Shown one piece after another: positions 46,654 through 55,672 of a stretch of DNA of 64,000 bases. The position numbers and the translations under genes were made by a program. The notes below the pieces were generated by a model. The model saw only the letters and a program-made list of their open reading frames with translations, had not been told where the DNA came from and searched no databases. Position 1 is the first letter of the stretch. Every line of letters begins with the position of its first letter. Source of the DNA: a virus; the IMG/VR virus record IMGVR_UViG_3300047373_000579, positions 1 through 64,000 of that record. One strand, written 5' to 3'.

Positions 46654-47018
46654 TGAAAAAGAAAATAGTAAAATTAACAGAACAAGACCTAGAAAAGTTG
46701 GTCAAAAAAATCATTAAGGAAGATGACAATTATGATGATGACAATTATGAAGCCTTTTATGAAAGAAGTCCTCAATTAGCTGATTTACATGATGAGGTTT
46801 TATATTTAACACCCGGCTTTGGAATGGGTGGTACCGCAGGTGGTGTTGAAGTATTTGAACAAATGATGGATGCAATAGACATGGATGGTACAGAACTTTC
46901 TGATGAAGCTAAAGGAATAATTAAAAGACTTAGGTATGACCTTGGTGCTTTAGAAGGTTTCAATGAAAGAGTGGTGAAATTATATGAGGTCATCAGTGGT
47001 GAAAATCTTAGTGATTAA
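46653..47018 (+). CDS. leader-bearing putative internal head protein
   Basis: MKKKIVKLTEQDLEKLVKKIIKED. Confidence 0.7.
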   Translation: MKKKIVKLTEQDLEKLVKKIIKEDDNYDDDNYEAFYERSPQLADLHDEVLYLTPGFGMGGTAGGVEVFEQMMDAIDMDGTELSDEAKGIIKRLRYDLGALEGFNERVVKLYEVISGENLSD

Positions 47019-47030
47019 AATAAATAAATT

Positions 47031-47594
47031 ATGAAAAACATTATATCAGAAAGAGAATTAAAAAGAATGGTTAAAAAAGTTGTTAGAGAAGAAAAACTAA
47101 ACAACATTAACGAAGATAGAACTGACTTTGAAATGAGTGGTGCTAGAAGTCGTAAAGATTATACATCAAACCCAAGAGAAAGAGACATCTCTTCTATGTT
47201 TGGTAAATACGCTGATGATGTTCCACCAATAGTAATTAGATATCTAAGAAAAAATCCTGAAGCTATTGTAAAAAGATTATTTAAAATTTATGGTGAAAAA
47301 ATATTTGACTATCTACCACAACAAGAAATGGAGGAAGAGTATGATTCTTATATGGATGATGTTCATGAAGATAAGGATTGGATTAAAAAAGCTGTTGAGA
47401 AACCTGGTTCTCTAAGAAAAAAAATGGGACTTAAAAAAGACCAAAAATTAACTTCAGCTGATATTAGAAAAAAAATGTCTCAACTTAAGAAAAAAGATAA
47501 AGACCCTAGTAAAAAAGGTGTTCAAGGTTTAGGTAAAAGAGATTTAAAAACTTATAGACAATTGAATTTGGCTAAAACTTTACGTGGCTTATAA
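47031..47594 (+). CDS. leader-bearing protein with basic C-terminal module
   Basis: MKNIISERELKRMVKKVVREE; WIKKAVEKPGSLRKKMG...LAKTL. Confidence 0.7.
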   Translation: MKNIISERELKRMVKKVVREEKLNNINEDRTDFEMSGARSRKDYTSNPRERDISSMFGKYADDVPPIVIRYLRKNPEAIVKRLFKIYGEKIFDYLPQQEMEEEYDSYMDDVHEDKDWIKKAVEKPGSLRKKMGLKKDQKLTSADIRKKMSQLKKKDKDPSKKGVQGLGKRDLKTYRQLNLAKTLRGL

Positions 47595-47678
47595 GTATTT
47601 ATATATAAGTTGCGCTGCAGCAAGCAGCTTAAGCAAAAAGCAGCAAGCAAATAAATAAAAATATAATATATAATAAAA

Positions 47679-47951
47679 ATGAAAAAAAGAATCGTAAAAT
47701 TAACTGAAAATGATTTAGAAATGTTAGTTCAAAAAATCATCAAAGAAGAAGGTGAAATGTCTTCTGGTATTGAAAAGAAAACTGGTAGGATTATTGAGTT
47801 ACCCGTTTTTGGTCAATTAACTAAACAAATTAAATCTAAAAACGTGGATGAACAGGTTGAGGTCTTTATGACTTTATTAGGTCAAATGGATTTAAAAGGT
47901 AACTTTGGCATTAAACTTAAAAAAGCGATGCAAGAAAAAGGTTTAATGTAA
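47679..47951 (+). CDS. leader-bearing putative internal head protein
   Basis: MKKRIVKLTENDLEMLVQKIIKEE. Confidence 0.7.
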   Translation: MKKRIVKLTENDLEMLVQKIIKEEGEMSSGIEKKTGRIIELPVFGQLTKQIKSKNVDEQVEVFMTLLGQMDLKGNFGIKLKKAMQEKGLM

Positions 47952-47952
47952 T

Positions 47953-48477
47953 ATGAACATTCGTAAAATCATAAAGGAAGAACTTCTTAAGGAAGTGGGT
48001 GGTTATGATGACCCAAGTGTCATGGCTCAACATGCTGGAAAGTCAATGGGAGCACTCGCTAGTAGTCATAATGATTTATCTAACTTATTAGCTGGTATAG
48101 CTAATCAAGTTATGGATAGAGCTGATAAAAATGATATCAGTGATTCTTTAAGGGAAACATCAAAAGAAATAAATTTTTTCATAGACATTATCAAAACCGC
48201 TATAAGTGAAGTTATGGAAGATGATGTTATACTCCAAGCTAAAAAAGTTATTAAGTCACTTAATTCTTTTAGAAGAAGAATAGATGTTCTTTCTAATTTT
48301 TCAGACTCTATGGGTAATGATGAACAGTTTATTGAAAGGGTTAAACTTTTATTAATGGATTTAATACCTACACTAGAAGAATACGGTAAACAATTAATGA
48401 CCACTAACAAAATGTTCGGTGATAGATTGTCCAATATGGGTCGTAGTTCTTTTGGTTCTGGATTTAGTTCTAACTAA
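47953..48477 (+). CDS. leader-bearing helical protein
   Basis: MNIRKIIKEELLKE. Confidence 0.7.
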   Translation: MNIRKIIKEELLKEVGGYDDPSVMAQHAGKSMGALASSHNDLSNLLAGIANQVMDRADKNDISDSLRETSKEINFFIDIIKTAISEVMEDDVILQAKKVIKSLNSFRRRIDVLSNFSDSMGNDEQFIERVKLLLMDLIPTLEEYGKQLMTTNKMFGDRLSNMGRSSFGSGFSSN

Positions 48478-48552
48478 TACTTCACATATTAATATATTAC
48501 CACTATAATTATATCTCACAAATAATTATTAATTAAAAAAAAGTTTTAAATT

Positions 48553-48786
48553 ATGGGAGACCAAATCACAAATTTTTTCCTGGTTAGAGTAGAGTTCGAA
48601 TCAATTAACGAACAAACAGGAAAACCAAAAAAAATCAAAACACAATATCTTGTAGATTCAATGACTTGTACTGAAGCTGAGGCTAGAACTCACCAATACC
48701 TTAATGGTACAGTATTAGATTATGAAATTGTATCCGCAGTTAAATCACCAATCGAAGACGTTATCCGTGTAGAAGTACCGGCATAA
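48553..48786 (+). CDS. DUF4494-like protein
   Basis: GKPKKIKTQYLVDSMTCTEAEAR resembles the Bacteroidota DUF4494 pattern (recalled, not searched). Confidence 0.7.
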   Translation: MGDQITNFFLVRVEFESINEQTGKPKKIKTQYLVDSMTCTEAEARTHQYLNGTVLDYEIVSAVKSPIEDVIRVEVPA

Positions 48787-48810
48787 TAATAATAAAATTG
48801 GTTAGAAATA

Positions 48811-48842
48811 AAAAAAGACTCAGAAATGGGTCTTTTTTTTTT
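48811..48842. terminator. intrinsic terminator between convergent genes
   Basis: AAAAAAGACTCA-GAAA-TGGGTCTTTTTT. Confidence 0.8.
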
Positions 48843-49269
48843 AGTCTTGATATTCTTTAGGTAATCCCATTTCATCAGCTATTTTTTTAAATAACCCCTC
48901 ATGTTCTTTATGTTTGGGTAAATCTTTTCCTACACACGCGTGAATCAATTCGTGTACAATCACCCATTTAAGGTATTCTTTATCTTCTAAAGCTTTTGGT
49001 TTAATACCCATTAAACCGTTTTTCCCATTTTTAGGGTGATTAAATCCAGCTATTTTACCATCCTCTATTTTACTATCTAGTTTAATATCTATTTTAGGTA
49101 AATCTAATTCTTTTCCTGTCACTTTTTTATAAACTTTTTTTAATTCCACCTCAATACTATTTTTTAATGTATTAATAGTCTTTAAATCATCGTTTTTTTC
49201 TTTTAAACGTAGATTTGTCATTTCCATAGAAAGACTTTCCTTAATCATTTTTTTAATAAAATCAACCAT
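48841..49269 (-). CDS. SprT-like zinc metalloprotease with leader
   Basis: HELIH...H...FKK; N-terminal IKKMIKES; GATATTTAT on minus strand at 49276-49284. Confidence 0.75.
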   Translation of the reverse strand: MVDFIKKMIKESLSMEMTNLRLKEKNDDLKTINTLKNSIEVELKKVYKKVTGKELDLPKIDIKLDSKIEDGKIAGFNHPKNGKNGLMGIKPKALEDKEYLKWVIVHELIHACVGKDLPKHKEHEGLFKKIADEMGLPKEYQD

Positions 49270-49336
49270 ATAAAAATAAATATCACCATTTTTTAAACAA
49301 GTCCCATAAAAAAATCAAACTTTTCCACATTTATTG

Positions 49337-49345
49337 GATATTTAT
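49337..49345 (+). promoter_or_regulatory. putative late promoter of scaffold-capsid operon
   Basis: GATATTTAT followed by a hairpin at 49349-49378. Confidence 0.65.
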
Positions 49346-49414
49346 TTTAAAAACAACGCATTTTATTGCGCTGTTTTTTAATAATAATAATTTTTTAAAT
49401 AAAAAAAGAAAAAA

Positions 49415-50566
49415 ATGGCTGAAACAAGAAAGTCTATCATCGATGAAGCTTTTATGGAAGCGGAAAGTATAGAACAAGCTTTCAAAGCTAACTCAAAAGA
49501 AATACTGGCTCATACAATGGGTTCAGAAATTGAAGAAATGGTAAAGGAATCTTTAGAAGGTTCGGTAGCTTTAAACGAAGACGAAGATGATGAGAATGTT
49601 GATTTAGAGTTAGACTTAGGTTTAGACTCTGACGAGGCCGGCGAGGATGCTGGTGACGACCTTGACCTAGAATTAGGTGATGAGGATGATGAAATTGAAA
49701 TGGACGATGAGGATATGGATATGGATTCTGATGACCTTGAAATTGTAGACCTTACAGATGAAGATGACGAGACAGTAGTTAATGTTTTCAAAAAAATGGC
49801 TGACGAAGACGAAATCGAAGTTGTTCAAACTGAAGACGGGGTTGAAATCAAGGATAACGAAACTGGTGCCGAGTACAAAATAGAACTTGGTGGTGATTCT
49901 GAAATGGATGATGAAGACATGGAAGATATGGATGATGAAGATATGGAAGACATGGAAGACATGGAAGGTGAAATTGAGTATCAAATCGAATTAGATGATG
50001 AGGAAGACGAAGAAGAAATGGAAGACGAAATGTCTGAAGATTCTAGACGTACACCTTCTAATAGAAGAAAACGTAATTTAAAACCTGCTAGTCTAAAAAA
50101 CGAGTCTAAAAAACCAAAGTTCTTAAAGTTAGTAAACGAAAATAAAGTTCTAAAAAATAAAATGAGTTCAATCACGACTGAAAACGAAACTTTAAAAGAA
50201 GACTACAACAAAATGGTAGACGCTCTTAAAGAATTCAGACAAAAGTTGAACGAGGTAGCTGTTTTTAACAGTAACCTTACATATACAGTTAGATTGTTTA
50301 CTGAACACACAACAACTAAAAGTGAAAAAGTTGATATCATTAAAAGATTTGACGATTCAAAGTCACTTAAAGAATCTAAGGCTACATACAAAAATTTAGT
50401 TAAAGAAATCTCTAAGACAAAGACACCAATTAAAGAATCAATTGATGAAAAACTTAATGAAACTAAAAGTAGTGGTTCAGCATCTGAAATAACTGAATCA
50501 AAAGTTTATGTAGACCCACAAATAGAAAAAATGAAACAATTGTGGAACTACGAATATAAAAATTAA
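49415..50566 (+). CDS. prohead scaffolding protein (T4 gp22-like position)
   Basis: Acidic N-half and coiled-coil C-half, many L/I-x-E sites, immediately upstream of the capsid gene. Confidence 0.8.
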   Translation: MAETRKSIIDEAFMEAESIEQAFKANSKEILAHTMGSEIEEMVKESLEGSVALNEDEDDENVDLELDLGLDSDEAGEDAGDDLDLELGDEDDEIEMDDEDMDMDSDDLEIVDLTDEDDETVVNVFKKMADEDEIEVVQTEDGVEIKDNETGAEYKIELGGDSEMDDEDMEDMDDEDMEDMEDMEGEIEYQIELDDEEDEEEMEDEMSEDSRRTPSNRRKRNLKPASLKNESKKPKFLKLVNENKVLKNKMSSITTENETLKEDYNKMVDALKEFRQKLNEVAVFNSNLTYTVRLFTEHTTTKSEKVDIIKRFDDSKSLKESKATYKNLVKEISKTKTPIKESIDEKLNETKSSGSASEITESKVYVDPQIEKMKQLWNYEYKN

Positions 50567-50599
50567 AAAATAATAATAAAAAATTAAAAACCAAAAAAA

Positions 50600-52378
50600 A
50601 TGGGATATTTATTAAAATCTGGAGAAGTTGGTAATATCGGACTTAAGCACCAAAAAGCTGTTCGTGAAGCAACTGTCTCTAAATGGAACGACCTAGGATT
50701 CTTAGAAGGATTAGAAGGTCACGTAAGAGAGAACATTGCTTTGTTATATGAAAACCAAGCATCTGTTCTTATCAATGAAACTACTGACGCTGGTTCAAGC
50801 GGTTCTTTCGAGACTGTAGTTTTTCCTATCGTTAGAAGAGTTTTCTCTAAATTATTAGCTAACGATATCGTATCTGTACAAGCTATGAACTTACCAATCG
50901 GTAAATTGTTCTACTTCGTACCTAAAGCTTCTGAAAGAGTTACTGGTGCCGATGGTAAAGAAAGACACGGTGAGCCAGTTGTTACAACTTGTATCAATGA
51001 TAATGTAGCTTGTGACGAAACAACTTACTCTGATTGTGCTAAGAATCTTTATGACAGATTCTACAACGATGAGTTCTTTGACCAATCAAAAGGTGCTTTC
51101 TCAGCAGTTACAAGAAACGCAGACCCTGTAATTTGGACGGCATGTTCTACTGGTTCTGAATTTACTGACGGTGTTTCTGCATTCGGTGGTGACGGTTCGG
51201 TTAGAACTCAAATCTTAAAATTATGTGGTTTCAATACATCTGGAGCTGGAAGATTAACAGGACCTAACGGAAACGAAATGGATACTGAAGAGTTTTTAGC
51301 TTCTTTAGACCTTACTGTTACTGGTGACTTAGTTGATAAAGATGGTCAAGTAATTTTAGCGTCAGGTGACCAAGTTCCTTTTAGAGTTGTTACTCAAAGA
51401 TATGGAAAAGGTATCGTTGATTACGGTGATATCTGTACTCCTGATGGATGTATCTATTTAGAGGCTGATTTAACTCACCCTGTATGTGTTACTTGTGATG
51501 ACGGTACTTTCGATGGTTACATTGGAGCACAATCAGGTACAACTGCTATCGTTCCTGGAGCTGGTGTAGCTAACTTAGGTGGAACTTCATTCGCAGCAGT
51601 TTGGAGACAATACGAAGACCTAGAGCTTGAATCTCAAATGGGAGAAGTTTCTTTCGAACTTGATTCTGTTACAGTATCGGTTACTGAAAGAAAACTAAGA
51701 GCTACTTGGACTCCTGAATTAGCACAAGACGTATCAGCATTCCATAACATTGATGCTGAAGCTGAATTAACAGCTTTATTGTCTGAGCAAGTTGCAGCTG
51801 AAATCGATAGAGAAATCTTGAGAGACCTTAGAAAAGGTGCAGCATGGCAATTACGTTGGGATTACAACGGTTATAAGAGATTACCACAATCTAACGCTTA
51901 CACTCAAAAAGAGTGGAACCAAACGTTAGTAACGGCAATCAACCAAATCTCAGCTCAAATTCACAAGTCTACATTAAGAGGTGGAGCTAACTTTATCGTG
52001 GTATCTTCTGAAGTATCAGCAATTTTTGATGATTTAGAGTACTTCCACGTATCAAACGCTTCTCCTGAGCAAGACAACTATAACATGGGTATTGAGAGAG
52101 TAGGTTCTTTATCAGGTAGATATACTGTATACAGAGACCCTTACGCTCCAGCTAACTCAGTATTAGTAGGTCATAAAGGTAAGTCATTGTTGGATACTGG
52201 GTACATTTACGCACCTTACGTACCATTACAATTGACTCCTACAATGTACAACCCGTTCAACTTCGTACCTGTTAAAGGTATCATGACTCGTTACGCTAAG
52301 AAATTTGTTAACAACAGATTCTACGGACAAGTTAATGTTGATGGATTACGTACATTTGACGTGAGAGAATTAAGATAG
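50600..52378 (+). CDS. major capsid protein (T4 gp23-like)
   Basis: LYENQA, PIVRRVF, VSVQAM..P.G, RKLRATWTPELAQD, AEIDREI, YAPYVPL, GIMTRYA. Confidence 0.97.
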   Translation: MGYLLKSGEVGNIGLKHQKAVREATVSKWNDLGFLEGLEGHVRENIALLYENQASVLINETTDAGSSGSFETVVFPIVRRVFSKLLANDIVSVQAMNLPIGKLFYFVPKASERVTGADGKERHGEPVVTTCINDNVACDETTYSDCAKNLYDRFYNDEFFDQSKGAFSAVTRNADPVIWTACSTGSEFTDGVSAFGGDGSVRTQILKLCGFNTSGAGRLTGPNGNEMDTEEFLASLDLTVTGDLVDKDGQVILASGDQVPFRVVTQRYGKGIVDYGDICTPDGCIYLEADLTHPVCVTCDDGTFDGYIGAQSGTTAIVPGAGVANLGGTSFAAVWRQYEDLELESQMGEVSFELDSVTVSVTERKLRATWTPELAQDVSAFHNIDAEAELTALLSEQVAAEIDREILRDLRKGAAWQLRWDYNGYKRLPQSNAYTQKEWNQTLVTAINQISAQIHKSTLRGGANFIVVSSEVSAIFDDLEYFHVSNASPEQDNYNMGIERVGSLSGRYTVYRDPYAPANSVLVGHKGKSLLDTGYIYAPYVPLQLTPTMYNPFNFVPVKGIMTRYAKKFVNNRFYGQVNVDGLRTFDVRELR

Positions 52379-52400
52379 TATAAATCTTAAACAATAACTG

Positions 52401-52428
52401 AAGGGGAACTTAATGTTCCCCTTTTTTT
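52401..52428 (+). terminator. intrinsic terminator after capsid gene
   Basis: AAGGGGAAC-TTAAT-GTTCCCCTT plus T run. Confidence 0.85.
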
Positions 52429-52439
52429 ATGCTTTATTA

Positions 52440-52448
52440 GATATTTAT
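52440..52448 (+). promoter_or_regulatory. putative late promoter GATATTTAT
   Basis: 4 nt upstream of ATG 52453. Confidence 0.65.
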
Positions 52449-52452
52449 TAAT

Positions 52453-53712
52453 ATGAATCTAAAAAGAATCATAAAAGAAGAAATTGACGATAGTCTAGAT
52501 TGGATTAAGGATACACCAGAAGTTTCTATTGGGGGTAAAAACGGTTTACCAATAGAAAGTGTTCCTTTAGGTACCAAGATAGTAACACCTGACGGTGATG
52601 TATTCACTATAGAAGATGTTACTGGCTTTCATATGCCACATCAATTTGTGTGGGGTAGAGACTTAAAACCAGCTTGGTTGGGCCCTAAAAATGATGAGGA
52701 TAATAAGAATTGGCATAACGCTTTATGGTTACGAAGAGCAACCCCTGAAGATTTAAACGAATCTGAAGAGTTAGATTGGATTAAAGGTGTTGACACATAT
52801 TATAAGGTAGAACAATTAGAAGTTGGTAAGATGTATGAGTTCATACCTGATTATTCTATCATGGGCAAATACGATGGTTATGATGATTTCCCTAATTGGG
52901 TTTCTAGTTATGAGGGTCAAAACTTTTATATTATTAAACAAGAGCCCAAACCTAGATTTCCAAAAAGTGGTGAGATTACCTTTAAACAGATTGGTAAGTC
53001 TAATAAAATGATTTACGATGGTAAATACGTTAAACTACCATACAACGCTAGAGTATTTTTATGGGGTAAGTTTAAAGAGGTTGAAAACCCTGAATTTGTT
53101 ACGGAGAATGAAGAATTAGATTGGATTCAAGATACACAACCTGATAAAAAAGACATTCTTAATTTTAATAAAAAAATGTATAAAACAACCCTTGATTATG
53201 ATGATATTAAGATAGGGGATAAGTTTATACCACCCGGTAGCCATCATATATGGACCGTTGATGATATGTATGATTGGGGTGTAAGTAGACGTGACTATCG
53301 TTTCATGGTTTGGTTAAAAAATGATAAAGGAAGTATTAGAAGAAAAATTTATAACCGTGGTAATAAATTTCCTGGTGATTATAGGCCTTGGAGAAAAATT
53401 GTTAATGAACAAATAAAAGAATCTAATAAAGAATGGGATTGGGCTAAAGATATTACTCCTGTTGAATTGGAAGACCCTGAAGATTGGATTGGGAGGTCGT
53501 TTGGTTATGGTCCTGAAATAATAGATGAAATGAGTGATATGGAAATAATTGAAGGTGACCATGAAGAATATTATACAATAAAAGAAATTGATGTTAATGG
53601 TAATTTATCCTTAACCAAGTACCACCCAAAGTATGGTAAAAATCATGATAGTAGTACATCAGTTAATTTTTTAAGAGAGTATATTAGTAACGGTAGATGG
53701 GTATGGAAATAA
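52453..53712 (+). CDS. modular tagged polyprotein-like protein (4 modules)
   Basis: IIKEEIDDSLDWIK, LNESEELDWIK, VTENEELDWIQ, IKESNKEWDWAK. Confidence 0.85.
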   Translation: MNLKRIIKEEIDDSLDWIKDTPEVSIGGKNGLPIESVPLGTKIVTPDGDVFTIEDVTGFHMPHQFVWGRDLKPAWLGPKNDEDNKNWHNALWLRRATPEDLNESEELDWIKGVDTYYKVEQLEVGKMYEFIPDYSIMGKYDGYDDFPNWVSSYEGQNFYIIKQEPKPRFPKSGEITFKQIGKSNKMIYDGKYVKLPYNARVFLWGKFKEVENPEFVTENEELDWIQDTQPDKKDILNFNKKMYKTTLDYDDIKIGDKFIPPGSHHIWTVDDMYDWGVSRRDYRFMVWLKNDKGSIRRKIYNRGNKFPGDYRPWRKIVNEQIKESNKEWDWAKDITPVELEDPEDWIGRSFGYGPEIIDEMSDMEIIEGDHEEYYTIKEIDVNGNLSLTKYHPKYGKNHDSSTSVNFLREYISNGRWVWK

Positions 53713-54407
53713 GAAAAATAATACGAGAAGAAATAGAAGACTTTAGTGACTTTGAATGGGCTAAAGGTGAAATAGAATACCCAATATATTCAATAGATTT
53801 TCTTATTGGTAAAAAGGCGTATTATAGAGAGAATAACATGGAAGAGGTCCAAAAAACTCAAAAATGTACTATGTCAGATTTAAATAAGTCAGACTTAAAT
53901 TTAGGTGAAATAAAAAATGGTATTGGTTGGACAATAAAAAAAGGTAATTTACCAGGTCCGAAGAATAGTGTTAGTATAATACTTGACAACAACAAAGGTA
54001 CACAGCATTGGTTTGAAGACGATGTATTAGAATTTGTTAGGTTAGGTATTTGGGTTGTTGAGGGTGATGACGGTAAATTTATAAATGAATCAGAGGAATT
54101 TGATTGGATTAAAGATATTGAACCTGAAATCACTAATGAAAATTTTCATATGTTTTATAATAAACCTTTTTATTGGTATAGTCCCTTGAGTCCAAATAAA
54201 TGGGTTACTTCTCAAGGAATGCCTAGAGTTTATTGGTTTGAAGAGTCTGGTATTCATTCAAGAGATAACGATGAGATAGCTTTGTTTTGTTATAAAGATT
54301 TTGAAAGAGATGAGTGTACGGATATGTTCCATTCAACAGCTATTAACTATATAAAAAAAGGGGTTTTACAACACCAACCACAATTAAGTGATATTAAGGA
54401 TGATTAA
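53703..54407 (+). CDS. modular tagged polyprotein-like protein (2 modules)
   Basis: MEIRKIIREEIEDFSDFEWAK, INESEEFDWIK; start 53703 or 53697. Confidence 0.8.
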   Translation: MEIRKIIREEIEDFSDFEWAKGEIEYPIYSIDFLIGKKAYYRENNMEEVQKTQKCTMSDLNKSDLNLGEIKNGIGWTIKKGNLPGPKNSVSIILDNNKGTQHWFEDDVLEFVRLGIWVVEGDDGKFINESEEFDWIKDIEPEITNENFHMFYNKPFYWYSPLSPNKWVTSQGMPRVYWFEESGIHSRDNDEIALFCYKDFERDECTDMFHSTAINYIKKGVLQHQPQLSDIKDD

Positions 54408-54730
54408 ACACCGTTTTCAAGGTCTTCTTGTAAAATATTATAATATTCTTCCCTAAAAATTTCCCTAACTCTTTCTTCTGTCATTAAATCACTACCATTC
54501 CAAGTTATTTGATTTTCGTTTGCCTCAAAAATAACACCACCTTGACCATTTGTAACAGTAACACCTTGATATGTTGGTGTATCGGTTATTGTTGTGGTAA
54601 AGTCTACATCATAAGGAATGTTAATTTGACCCGTTAATTCATCAATATAACCCCACTCTCTTTGTGAAACATAATAAAAAGGGGAACCATCTAGGAAACT
54701 ATGTTTTGGTATTGTTTTAAAATTAAACAT
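54404..54730 (-). CDS. hypothetical protein
   Basis: 108-aa ORF. Confidence 0.65.
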   Translation of the reverse strand: MFNFKTIPKHSFLDGSPFYYVSQREWGYIDELTGQINIPYDVDFTTTITDTPTYQGVTVTNGQGGVIFEANENQITWNGSDLMTEERVREIFREEYYNILQEDLENGV

Positions 54731-54752
54731 ATAAAAATATATGTTTATAAAT

Positions 54753-54782
54753 AAAAAAAGGAAGTCTTTCGACCTCCTTTTT
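54753..54782 (-). terminator. intrinsic terminator
   Basis: Minus strand GGAGGTC-GAAA-GACTTCC plus T7. Confidence 0.8.
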
Positions 54783-54799
54783 ATGACAAAAATAGTTGG

Positions 54800-55540
54800 C
54801 TAGTCTCTCACACCCTTTTTATTCGCTAACTGTCTGTTTGTAGGACCACTCTCAAGTCTTTCGTTAATGATTTCCATTATGTCGCCACCCAACATACTGT
54901 AAACTTTCATGGCGTTTCCTACATTCATTTGTTTGTCTTTGATGTCCCACAAAGTGATACCATCGTTTTTCTTCTTATCGTTATGAAAAGCCACTTTAGC
55001 TAAGTCATTAGTTCGATATTCAGATTCTTTTGCTTTCTTGTCGATTACAAAAACTAGTGAACCATTTTCGGTGTACTGTTTGTAGTACTTACCGTAGTTG
55101 TTGTCTTCACTAGAGACACACCACTTTGTTCCTTTACCGTAAAGGTTAGAACTACGAACACTTAAGGGGTATACAACTAACCAACGATTATCTTCAAATA
55201 ATACTTCAGTTTCTTTCTTTTTAACTTCAGAACGAGTAATCTTTTCTTTCGCAGTTTTAACCGCTTCAATTATATCTTGATTTGACTCGTAGGTGTAGAT
55301 GTCTTTATTTTCTAATAAATTTCTTTTAGATAGGTCTTCAAAATCTTGAATAACCTCAAACATTTCCTTAAACGTTTCATTTGTCAATTCATTGTGAATC
55401 CATTCTACCCAATCAGAAGTACACTTAATCATGAAAGGTAAGTATTTGTTGGTTTTTGTTGGGTCCATTTTTGATAAAACAGAGATAACGTCTATTAGAT
55501 AATTTGGGTTTTGTGCTTTTAATTCTTTAATTTTTGCCAT
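54800..55540 (-). CDS. GTKWC-motif protein, paralogue of the C-terminal half of 12446-15160
   Basis: DPTKTNKYL, NKDIYTY, RWLVVYP, YGKGTKWCVS. Confidence 0.8.
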   Translation of the reverse strand: MAKIKELKAQNPNYLIDVISVLSKMDPTKTNKYLPFMIKCTSDWVEWIHNELTNETFKEMFEVIQDFEDLSKRNLLENKDIYTYESNQDIIEAVKTAKEKITRSEVKKKETEVLFEDNRWLVVYPLSVRSSNLYGKGTKWCVSSEDNNYGKYYKQYTENGSLVFVIDKKAKESEYRTNDLAKVAFHNDKKKNDGITLWDIKDKQMNVGNAMKVYSMLGGDIMEIINERLESGPTNRQLANKKGVRD

Positions 55541-55584
55541 ATCGTTTAAAAAGTTTTTTTTTATTTATTTAATCATTAACAATA

Positions 55585-55616
55585 CAAATATAGAAAACTT
55601 TTTTTGTTCTGACAAA
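55585..55616 (-). promoter_or_regulatory. Bacteroidota-type housekeeping-sigma promoter
   Basis: TTTG-N20-TATATTTG. Confidence 0.75.
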
Positions 55617-55672
55617 TAAAAACCTAAAAATTTTTACACTTTCTTTGATATTTATATAAAAAGCATTTTAAA

